Below, piece by piece: positions 57,136 to 64,000 of a stretch of 64,000 nt of DNA. The position numbers were made by a program, and so were the translations under genes. The stretch's first letter is position 1. Each line of letters begins with the position of its first letter. The notes beneath the pieces are model-generated. The model was not told the DNA's origin, did no database searches, and saw only the letters and a program-made list of their open reading frames with translations. The DNA is from Oscillospiraceae bacterium (GTDB lineage: Bacteria; Bacillota; Clostridia; Oscillospirales; Acutalibacteraceae): assembly GCA_015066635.1 (NCBI GenBank), contig SVOA01000005.1:2057-66056 (forward strand), in the 5' to 3' direction.

Positions 57136-57908
57136 TATTTTACAACCTTATTGTCGGCGTACAGCGCATTGAGATTATATTTTCCCTTGTGTCTGTATGG
57201 GAAAATTCTCAGGAATATGACAGACGCAAGAGCGCCGAGCGTGTTAAGGATAATGTCCGCCATAGTATCCATAATAGGCCAGCGTACATCAAACACGGGG
57301 TCGATAAGCGTATTCTCCTTGGGAGTTCCGATAGCCGCCGCAAGATTCCAGTGCTGAGCGTCGCCTGCAAGTTCAATAGCTTTTTCCGCCGCTTTGGTGC
57401 CTATGCAGGAAATCTGGTCAAATGTAAATTCAAACAGCTCCCAGCCCGTTCCCGCAAGGAACGAGAAGCCCACAGCGCACAGAAGCGCGATTGACAGCGG
57501 TACCGCAACCTTGTCTCTTTTCTGCATAGCCGCGACCATTTCGTAGCCGAAGAAAACACAGGCGCCGCCGCCTATAAAGTGGAGTATAACGTCCCACCAT
57601 CTGAAATCATAGTAAAGATTAAGGAATTTGCCTCCGAAGGACGCGCAGAAAATTCCGACAACGAGAGCGGTCTGCACTCTCGGCGAAACGTGGCGAAGCG
57701 CGTTTTTCTCGGGGAGCATCATAAAGATTTCCCATATAAACATACACAGGAAGTTTGCGCCGACCTGAAGCGGGTCGGTAATATCAAACGGCTTCTTAAA
57801 GAAACCCGCAATAAATGCGTAAATCATAAGAGCTCTGAGTATCCACCAAAAAATGAGCTCGGCCTTGGTAGGCAGGGTAGTAATTCTCTTAAAATATTCT
57901 TTCATCAT
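57135..57908 (-). CDS. Multi-pass membrane protein of unknown function
   Basis: About seven hydrophobic helices. The WWDVILHFIGGG and WELFEFTFDQ motifs are reminiscent of DUF2238-like proteins (unverified). The stop overlaps the queH start. Confidence 0.6.
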   Translation of the reverse strand: MMKEYFKRITTLPTKAELIFWWILRALMIYAFIAGFFKKPFDITDPLQVGANFLCMFIWEIFMMLPEKNALRHVSPRVQTALVVGIFCASFGGKFLNLYYDFRWWDVILHFIGGGACVFFGYEMVAAMQKRDKVAVPLSIALLCAVGFSFLAGTGWELFEFTFDQISCIGTKAAEKAIELAGDAQHWNLAAAIGTPKENTLIDPVFDVRWPIMDTMADIILNTLGALASVIFLRIFPYRHKGKYNLNALYADNKVVK

Positions 57909-58086
57909 ATCCTCCGTTTATTAGACAAACATTATCAGTTTGCCGATGCTCAACAATAATAGCATATTTTGATGAAATTGGCAAGACAGTACGGTTTTTT
58001 ATTTGATTTATTTTTTTGCTTTCATTTACCGACAAATTTCTTTTGTTAAGTGTATTAAAATCGGAACAGAGAAAGGACTGATAAAA

Positions 58087-58434
58087 ATGCAAGATGTTTT
58101 GAAAGCGCAGCTGCAGATTAACGGAAAAACGGTTGCCGTAAAGCTGTCAGGAGAAATTGACCACCACTCCGTACAGACGGTAAGGCAGAGAATTGATGAC
58201 GCGATACTCGGCAGGGAGCCGGATAATCTGCTCATTGATTTCGGCGGGGTGAGTTTTATGGACAGTTCGGGAATAGGACTTGTTATGGGCAGGTACAAGC
58301 TTATTGAGAATACGGACTGCAAACTGTTTGTTACGGGACTTTCGGCGCGCGCATACACGGTTATGAAGCTGTCCGGACTTGAAAAAATAGCGGTACTGAA
58401 AAGGAGAAACGAAAAAGATGAAAACGCTCAATGA
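58087..58434 (+). CDS. spoIIAA: Anti-sigma-F factor antagonist (STAS domain)
   Basis: LSGEIDHHS...IDFGGVSFMDSSGIGLVMG (phospho-Ser motif DSSG). It lies upstream of spoIIAB-sigF. ATG 58087. Confidence 0.88.
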   Translation: MQDVLKAQLQINGKTVAVKLSGEIDHHSVQTVRQRIDDAILGREPDNLLIDFGGVSFMDSSGIGLVMGRYKLIENTDCKLFVTGLSARAYTVMKLSGLEKIAVLKRRNEKDENAQ

Positions 58435-58855
58435 GATGAGAATACGGCTTGAGAGCCGTTCGGTAAACGAAAGTTTTGCAAGGGTTGCCGTGGGAGCATT
58501 TTGCTCGCAGTCAGACCCGACGGTTGAGGAAATAAACGACATAAAGACCGCCGTCAGCGAAGCCGTTACAAACTGTATTGTCCACGCCTACCGTAACTCG
58601 GTGGGCTATATATACATAAGCGTAAAGCTGCTTGAAGATTCCTCCGCAGTAATTAAAATACGCGACAGAGGCTGCGGAATAGAAAATATAAACGAGGCGA
58701 TGACGCCGCTCTTTACCACTCTCGGCGGAGAGCGTTCGGGACTCGGCTTTTCGGTTATGGAAACCTTTTGCGACTCAGTCAGGGTGCGTTCGTCAAAGGG
58801 CAGGGGTACAACCGTAACGCTCATAAAAAAGATAAGGGGTAAAAACTCTTACTGA
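58418..58855 (+). CDS. spoIIAB: Anti-sigma-F factor (serine protein kinase)
   Basis: SRSVNESFARVAVGAF, EAVTNCIVHAY (N-box) and DRGCGI (G1). It overlaps spoIIAA by 17 nt. Confidence 0.9.
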   Translation: MKTLNEMRIRLESRSVNESFARVAVGAFCSQSDPTVEEINDIKTAVSEAVTNCIVHAYRNSVGYIYISVKLLEDSSAVIKIRDRGCGIENINEAMTPLFTTLGGERSGLGFSVMETFCDSVRVRSSKGRGTTVTLIKKIRGKNSY

Positions 58856-59508
58856 TGGACCGCGACGAGTTTATTGCGGAAAATATCGGACTTGCCCGTT
58901 CCTGTGCAGAAAAATTCAGAAACAGAGGCATAGAATACGACGAGCTTTTTTCCGCAGGATGTCTGGGACTCGTCAAGGCGTACGACGGCTTTGACAGCGA
59001 AAGGGGATTTAAGTTCTCAACCTATGCCGTGCCCGTAATCCTCGGAGAAATCAAGCGTCTTTTCCGCGACTCGGGTTCGGTCAGAGTCAGCCGTTCTTTA
59101 AAGGAGAAAGCGAGACTCTGTCTTAAAGTTAAATCGGAGCTTGAAGCGAGGCTCGGCAGAGAACCGACCGTAACTGAGCTTTCCGACGCGCTGGGAATTG
59201 AAGTGTGCGAAACAAGCGAGCTTCTTAATATCTGCGCGCCTCCCGTTTCGCTGACCTCCGCCTCGGACGAGGAAGAAAAACAGCTTGATATACCCGTTGA
59301 CTCGGGGGAGGATGCCATACAGAATAAGATAGCCATAGACGAGGTGCTGAACACTCTGGACGAAACCGACCGACGGCTGATAAGACTTCGGTATTTTGAG
59401 GGACTCACGCAGGCGGTAACGGCGCAGAACCTCGGACTGTCGCAGGTGCAGGTTTCAAGGCGCGAGCGGTTTTTGCTGGGCGATATGAGAAAGAAACTGA
59501 CGGGATAA
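58855..59508 (+). CDS. sigF: Sporulation sigma factor F
   Basis: DELFSAGCLGLVKAYDGFD...FSTYAVPVILGEIKRLFRD(S)GSVRVSRSLKE matches SigF regions 2-3. 1-nt overlap with the spoIIAB stop. The N-terminal region is short (217 aa in total). Confidence 0.88.
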   Translation: MDRDEFIAENIGLARSCAEKFRNRGIEYDELFSAGCLGLVKAYDGFDSERGFKFSTYAVPVILGEIKRLFRDSGSVRVSRSLKEKARLCLKVKSELEARLGREPTVTELSDALGIEVCETSELLNICAPPVSLTSASDEEEKQLDIPVDSGEDAIQNKIAIDEVLNTLDETDRRLIRLRYFEGLTQAVTAQNLGLSQVQVSRRERFLLGDMRKKLTG

Positions 59509-59589
59509 AAAGGAAAGCAAATATTAGTGGAAATTTTCTTGCATTTATGATATAATACTTTTTAAATTAAAAATGATAAGGAGAAACGT

Positions 59590-61818
59590 ATGAATTTTTC
59601 CGCTCATATTTCATTTAAAAAATTTATATCGCTTGCACTTGTGCTCGTTATGACGGCGCTGCTGTTTTCCTCGTGCGGAAAAGGCAGGGGAGTAACCGCG
59701 GCAAAAATAACCTCGGTTGAAACGGTCGGAACAAAGCTGAGTTCAGCCGAGTACCATACCGTTAACGAGGAGAATCTCGTTTATGTTGCCAAGTCGGGAC
59801 TTCTTGAAATGTATCTTGACAGCGTTTCCTATGCCGTTGCAATCAAAGAAACGGGCACGGGCAAAATGTGGCTTTCCCTTCCTTCGGCGGCAAGCGCGCC
59901 TGCGGATTACGGGGCAAGCGTAATTAATATTAACATATCAAAAGGGGACAAGCTTTATAAGCTTAATTCTCAGGATAATTCCGTAGCGCTCGGAAGCGCA
60001 AGCTTTAAAACCCTTGACAGCGGAATTGAAATTACCTACAATATCGCGCTTGACGCGGCAACCGCCAACAAGAGCGTCAACGCTCTGTCGGCAGGCGAGC
60101 TTTATGCCTCTGTAACCGTTGCATACGAGCTTGCGGACGGTGCCTTCTATACAAAGATAAACTGTAAGGATATAGTTTTAAGCGAGGGCTATGCGGTTGA
60201 AAAAATAATGCTTCTCGACTGTTTCGGAGCATTCGGCGAGGCGGCTGACGGCGACTATATTCTGGTGCCCGACGCAAACGGTGCCGTTATTAAACCCGAC
60301 AGGCAAAGCAGTTATTCCGAACGCCATTACAAGGTTTACGGCGATAACCTCGGTGCGTGTGAGAATTCGGACGCCTTTGACGGTATTCGCTATGCGCCTG
60401 CGCTTTTTGCCGCCTTCGGAGTTAAGACCGGCGAAAACGCATTTATGGGAATTGTTCTTTCGGGCGATGCGGTATGTGAAATCGATTCATACGCACAATC
60501 TGCAAGTAACCCTTACAACAGGGTAGGCACATCATTTAACATTACAGAAACCTGTTATAACGGTGCGGCTAAATACACGGGCGCTGTATATAAGGGCGAC
60601 ATAAACATCTGTTACCGTTTCCTGTCCGGCAGAAACGCGAGTTATTTGGGACTTGCGACTGCCTGCCGCGAAATGATGATAAGAAATTCGGTGCTTTCAA
60701 GCGAAATGCTTGAACCTTCAACGCATATACCTTTTATGCTCACGGTTAACGGTGCGGTCAGCAAGGGCAGCGCGCACTCCTACGAGAAGCTCTCAACCTA
60801 TGAGCAGACTCAGGACCTGCTTGAGGTCTTGAAGGCAAAGAGCGTCAACAGCATAGTTCTCAATTATGCGGGTGCGCTTGAGGGCGCGAATACTCAGGAT
60901 ATACTTTCGGACGCTTCGCGCATAAAGAAGCTCGGCAGTAAAAAGGACTTCGACTCCCTGCGTCAGTATGTAAAGACGCAGAAATTCAGTATGTATCTTG
61001 ACTTCAGTCTCTTCTCGTTTAACAGGAGCAGCGCAAAGGCGTCAAAGTATGCGGCAAAGGATATTGCAGGCAATTATATCAGCACATCAAACTTCGATAA
61101 GCTGTTTAATATGACAAAGAAAAATCAGGTTCTGTTTACCTCGCTTTCACATCTTAGCGCAGGAGTTGAGAAGTTTATAGGCAACCTTGACGAAAGCAGA
61201 TTTGACGGCTACTGTATCAATGACGCGGGCAGATATCTTTACTCCGATTACTCCTCGGACACCTACACAAGAAGCAACGCCGCCAATATGATTTCGTCGC
61301 AGCTTTCCGTTCTCTCAAACAATCATAAAATAATGGTTGAGCGCGGAAACTTCTGTACGCTTAAATACGCCGATATGGTGCTGAATCTGCCGAGAAATAC
61401 AACATATCCCGAGGATGACGGCTACCGTCAGATTCCGTTTGCGGAGCTTGTACTGCACGGGCTTGTCAATTATTCGCTGGAGCCGATAAATCTCTGTGAG
61501 GACAGCGAAAAGGCCTTCCTTCAGTCAGTCGAATACGGTGCTATGCCGAGCTATGAGTGGATATGCACCGAGAAGCAGGGCTATGAGGAGTATTATTATA
61601 ACAATTCGGTAGTCGAGGCGTCGGAATACTATCTGCGCGCGGACAACGTGCTCGGCGACCTTGCGGACGCAAGACTTACCAACAACTATGAGGTTCAGGA
61701 CGGCGTACATTTAAGCGAATACAACAACAGTATACTGATTTACTTCAATTACAGCAGCGAACCCGTAACAGTCAATTCAATGGTAATTGCACCAATGAAT
61801 TTTGTACGCGCTAACTGA
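59590..61818 (+). CDS. Large lipoprotein of unknown function (742 aa)
   Basis: Lipobox LLFSSCG after a signal peptide. RBS AAGGAGA. I can recognise no family with confidence. Confidence 0.7.
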   Translation: MNFSAHISFKKFISLALVLVMTALLFSSCGKGRGVTAAKITSVETVGTKLSSAEYHTVNEENLVYVAKSGLLEMYLDSVSYAVAIKETGTGKMWLSLPSAASAPADYGASVININISKGDKLYKLNSQDNSVALGSASFKTLDSGIEITYNIALDAATANKSVNALSAGELYASVTVAYELADGAFYTKINCKDIVLSEGYAVEKIMLLDCFGAFGEAADGDYILVPDANGAVIKPDRQSSYSERHYKVYGDNLGACENSDAFDGIRYAPALFAAFGVKTGENAFMGIVLSGDAVCEIDSYAQSASNPYNRVGTSFNITETCYNGAAKYTGAVYKGDINICYRFLSGRNASYLGLATACREMMIRNSVLSSEMLEPSTHIPFMLTVNGAVSKGSAHSYEKLSTYEQTQDLLEVLKAKSVNSIVLNYAGALEGANTQDILSDASRIKKLGSKKDFDSLRQYVKTQKFSMYLDFSLFSFNRSSAKASKYAAKDIAGNYISTSNFDKLFNMTKKNQVLFTSLSHLSAGVEKFIGNLDESRFDGYCINDAGRYLYSDYSSDTYTRSNAANMISSQLSVLSNNHKIMVERGNFCTLKYADMVLNLPRNTTYPEDDGYRQIPFAELVLHGLVNYSLEPINLCEDSEKAFLQSVEYGAMPSYEWICTEKQGYEEYYYNNSVVEASEYYLRADNVLGDLADARLTNNYEVQDGVHLSEYNNSILIYFNYSSEPVTVNSMVIAPMNFVRAN

Positions 61819-61830
61819 TGAATGAATAAC

Positions 61831-61870
61831 AATGCCTTCCTTTACATAAGGGAGGCGTTATTTGTTTTCT
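61831..61870 (+). terminator. Terminator candidate after the lipoprotein gene
   Basis: aatgccttcctt...aagggaggcgtt (12 bp with two G-U pairs) followed by a T-rich stretch. Confidence 0.5.
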
Positions 61871-61878
61871 CTGCAAAC

Positions 61879-61950
61879 CCGTAGGGGCGACCTGTGGTCG
61901 CCCGTATTTGAATTTACGCAGACTTGACGGGCGGTCATTGACTGCCCCTG
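61879..61950. repeat. Two inverted copies of a GC-rich hairpin repeat (REP-like) in an AT-rich spacer
   Basis: Copy 1 on the plus strand is CGTAGGGGCGACCTGTGGTCGCCCGT. Copy 2 on the minus strand is CGCAGGGGCAGTCAATGACCGCCCGT. The flanks are shared (CGyAGGGGC...GCCCGT) and the stem interiors differ in a compensatory way. Confidence 0.5.
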
Positions 61951-62117
61951 CGGATATTGATTCATTTTTTAATATGAATTAAAACATTTGTCCCTGCGCC
62001 GAATAATTCGGATAATATATCTTCAAAAAATATATAAAAACATTTCAAAAAATCTGTATTAAACAATTCCCTTTGAGCAAAATAATACTTGTAATGTATT
62101 AAAAAGGGAGAATGTAT

Positions 62118-62654
62118 ATGAAAGCCACAGGCATTGTCAGACGCATAGACGATTTGGGCAGAGTCGTTATTCCGAAGGAAATACGCAGAACGCTCCGCAT
62201 ACGCGAGGGCGACCCGCTTGAAATATTCACTCAGGCGGACGGAGAAGTTATTTTTAAAAAGTATTCTCCGATAGGCGAGTTTTCGGAATTCTCGCACCAA
62301 TATACCGAGGTGCTCAGCAAGGCGACGAATATGACGGTATTTATCTGCGACAGGGACCATATTATTTCCGCATCGGGGCAGAATAAACGCGAGCTTACCG
62401 AAAGGCGAATTTCCGAGGAGCTTGAACGTATGATGGATGACAGAGAGATTTTTATTGCAAAGCAGAATCCCTCCGACTTCAGACCTGTTATGAATAACGA
62501 CTGGACGGCGGGCGTTATGTACCCGATAATCGGTTCGGGCGACGTTTCGGGCGCGGTCGTTCTTATGCTTCCCGACAGCGGACTGCCCGGACCTACGGAT
62601 ATTAAACTTGCGCAGGTTGCAGCGTCCTTCCTCGGCAAGCAGACGGAGGAATAA
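62118..62654 (+). CDS. spoVT: Stage V sporulation protein T (AbrB-family regulator with GAF-like C-terminal domain)
   Basis: MKATGIVRRIDDLGRVVIPKEIRRTLRIREGDPLEIF is the SpoVT/AbrB swapped-hairpin N-terminus. 178 aa. ATG 62118 lies 7 nt after GGGAG. Confidence 0.9.
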   Translation: MKATGIVRRIDDLGRVVIPKEIRRTLRIREGDPLEIFTQADGEVIFKKYSPIGEFSEFSHQYTEVLSKATNMTVFICDRDHIISASGQNKRELTERRISEELERMMDDREIFIAKQNPSDFRPVMNNDWTAGVMYPIIGSGDVSGAVVLMLPDSGLPGPTDIKLAQVAASFLGKQTEE

Positions 62655-62656
62655 TA

Positions 62657-62706
62657 AAAAAGACCTGAATTCAGGGACATTGTCCTTTTTCAGGTCTTTT
62701 TGCTTT
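62657..62706. terminator. Bidirectional terminator (spoVT / L,D-transpeptidase)
   Basis: aagacctgaa...ttcaggtctt outer stem with flanking A- and T-runs, between convergent genes. Confidence 0.65.
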
Positions 62707-62707
62707 T

Positions 62708-63811
62708 TTACTGTTTCCAGGGGTTGTTCGGGTCGGGGTCTGTCGGGTCCCAGCCCTTTCTCGAATCGTTTGTGTCGATTCTTATCGGCGTCGGCTTTGC
62801 CAGCGGCTCGGGAGCCGAACTGTCGTAAACCGTTACGGGCGTACCCGTGGGACAGTTGTCATAAATCCATTTTGCGTCCTTGACTGCAAGCCGTACACAG
62901 CCGAGAGAAGCAGCCTGTCCGAGCTTGTTGTATTCGTTGTATTCAAGGTCGCCGGGGTTCTGAGTGTAATACGGAACCGAGTGGAAAAGTATGCTGCCGT
63001 TGAAGCGCGTAATATACTGTCCGTAAACACCGCCCGACAGCTGACGCCATCTGCTTTTTTCGGGTTTGCCATCCTGCGAGGCTCCGATTTTAAAGTTGCC
63101 CGTTTCGGTTTTACCGTTAAGACCTACCGAGCATACCATAGCCCTGACGGGCTTGGTGTATTCTCCGCTTTCGTCCTTTGAATAAACAATGACTAAGTTC
63201 TGCGTTCTGTTGACCTTGATATAGTAAGGAGCCGAGGACTTTATGTTATTCTGCGGAGCCGCTGTTTCGGATGCCTTCTGAGCCGAAATGTACTTGCCCG
63301 AAACATAGCCTTCATTACCGTTGTATTCAATTCTGTACCAGCCGTTGTCGCACTTGCCTGTAACCTTCAGTTCTGTTGAGGTGTTGACCTGACCCAGTTT
63401 ACGGCTGTTGGCGTCGGGCGCGCTCCTTACGTTAAGCGAATTCGTTGTCGGGTACATAGTTGCCGAGTAATCCTCGGTATTTACCGGCTTTTGCGTGGTT
63501 GTTTCGGTATTCGCTTTTGTTGTGGTTTCGGGTGCGGTCGTCTGCACCTCGGTTTCGGTTTCCGCCTCCGCAGGCGCTTCCGTTGCCGGAGCTGTTTCCG
63601 AAGTCGTTTCCGGTATTGTAACTATAACGTCAGTTTCCTTTGCGGGATGGCTGTTTTTGTATACTGCCGTGCCGATTATTGCGCCGAGTATAATCACAAG
63701 AGCAATAATAACCGTTGCCATAATCTTATTTTTCTTTTGCCTTGACGCTTTTTTGGAATTTGTATATACGGGCTTTATAATGCCGTTTTTATCTGTGCGG
63801 TATTCTTTCAT
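62708..63811 (-). CDS. L,D-transpeptidase (YkuD domain) with TM anchor, Thr/Glu/Ala-rich linker and SH3b domain
   Basis: LFHSVPY...ASLGCVRL is the YkuD His/Cys catalytic motif. SH3b: LNVRSAPDANSRKLGQV...GWYRIEYNGNEGYVSGKYI. ATG 63811 follows AAGGAGGT; the ORF-track start at 63934 is an upstream extension. Confidence 0.88.
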   Translation of the reverse strand: MKEYRTDKNGIIKPVYTNSKKASRQKKNKIMATVIIALVIILGAIIGTAVYKNSHPAKETDVIVTIPETTSETAPATEAPAEAETETEVQTTAPETTTKANTETTTQKPVNTEDYSATMYPTTNSLNVRSAPDANSRKLGQVNTSTELKVTGKCDNGWYRIEYNGNEGYVSGKYISAQKASETAAPQNNIKSSAPYYIKVNRTQNLVIVYSKDESGEYTKPVRAMVCSVGLNGKTETGNFKIGASQDGKPEKSRWRQLSGGVYGQYITRFNGSILFHSVPYYTQNPGDLEYNEYNKLGQAASLGCVRLAVKDAKWIYDNCPTGTPVTVYDSSAPEPLAKPTPIRIDTNDSRKGWDPTDPDPNNPWKQ

Positions 63812-63927
63812 AATGAATATACCTCCTTGATTTATACAACATACAGTATATTTAAAACTCAAAAATTTGTCAAATAATAATTGAATATGACATAAATTTA
63901 ATATATACTTAATATAAGGTGAAGGTA

Positions 63928-64000
63928 ATGACAAAGGAACAGTATCTTAAAATTTCAAAGCCTTTAAGGGAAAACGAAAAGCTCTCCTCGTTTGTCAGAA
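63928..64000 (+). CDS. 5' end of an unidentified CDS that runs off the window
   Basis: An ATG follows AAGGTGAAGG, and the frame is open to the window end (MTKEQYLKISKPLRENEKLSSFVR...). It is too short to identify. Confidence 0.35.
   Translation, partial: MTKEQYLKISKPLRENEKLSSFVR

Noticed and set aside
57909-58086. Possible Spo0A boxes and a sigma-H promoter upstream of spoIIAA. TTTGTCTAA is the reverse complement of 57921-57929. TTTGTCGGT is the reverse complement near 58027-58037.
   Set aside because: These are only partial matches to the TTTGTCGAA 0A-box consensus. I could not find a convincing sigma-H -35/-10 pair. This is too weak to report as a feature without comparative data.
61962-62360. 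A 132-aa minus-strand ORF spanning the spoVT promoter and the spoVT 5' end.
   Set aside because: It overlaps the well-supported spoVT gene in antisense and crosses an AT-rich intergenic region. It has no RBS and no recognisable motifs.

Overview
The window looks like core chromosome of a spore-forming Firmicute of class Clostridia. Protein sequences resemble Oscillospiraceae/Ruminococcaceae, but I cannot verify the taxon without a search. It is densely coding, with about 65 CDS. I saw no rRNA, tRNA, CRISPR array, IS element or prophage.

Gene content from left to right:
- 3' end of rpoC, then the str operon (rpsL-rpsG-fusA-tuf).
- A LexA-box-controlled translesion-synthesis operon on the minus strand (small unknown ORF, Y-family polymerase, YolD-like protein).
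- tspO and an LRR + 3xSLH surface protein.
- A myo-inositol catabolic operon (iolJ-iolC-[SanA/DUF218]-iolB-iolD-iolE-iolA-iolG).
- An XRE regulator, alr, zapA, a U32 peptidase and dut.
- A zinc-ribbon/PASTA protein whose kinase domain lacks the catalytic residues, convergent with an LMW-PTP operon.
- The conserved rplS-lepB-lepB-rbgA-rnhB-yraN block, then thrC.
- A 50-aa DUF1540-type ORF that is below the ORF-track cutoff.
- A metallophosphoesterase, tig-clpP-clpX, and two envelope-associated unknowns.
- folE-folP-folB-folK, a DEDD exonuclease + methyltransferase pair, and a GH3 beta-glucosidase.
- A GT2/coiled-coil/pyruvyl-transferase fusion.
- A two-component system co-transcribed with a VTC-domain protein and a DUF4956 membrane protein, divergent from a Cthe_2159-type beta-helix protein.
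- sigK, an FkbM methyltransferase, a TVP38 protein, queH, spoIIAA-spoIIAB-sigF, a large lipoprotein, spoVT and an L,D-transpeptidase.

The best candidate for an undescribed system is the VTC/DUF4956/TCS/beta-helix locus at about 48.8-53.9 kb. It has a repeat-type operator in its divergent promoter region. Most of the rest is ordinary housekeeping DNA.

All calls rest on reading the translated ORFs and the nucleotide sequence. No database search was possible.
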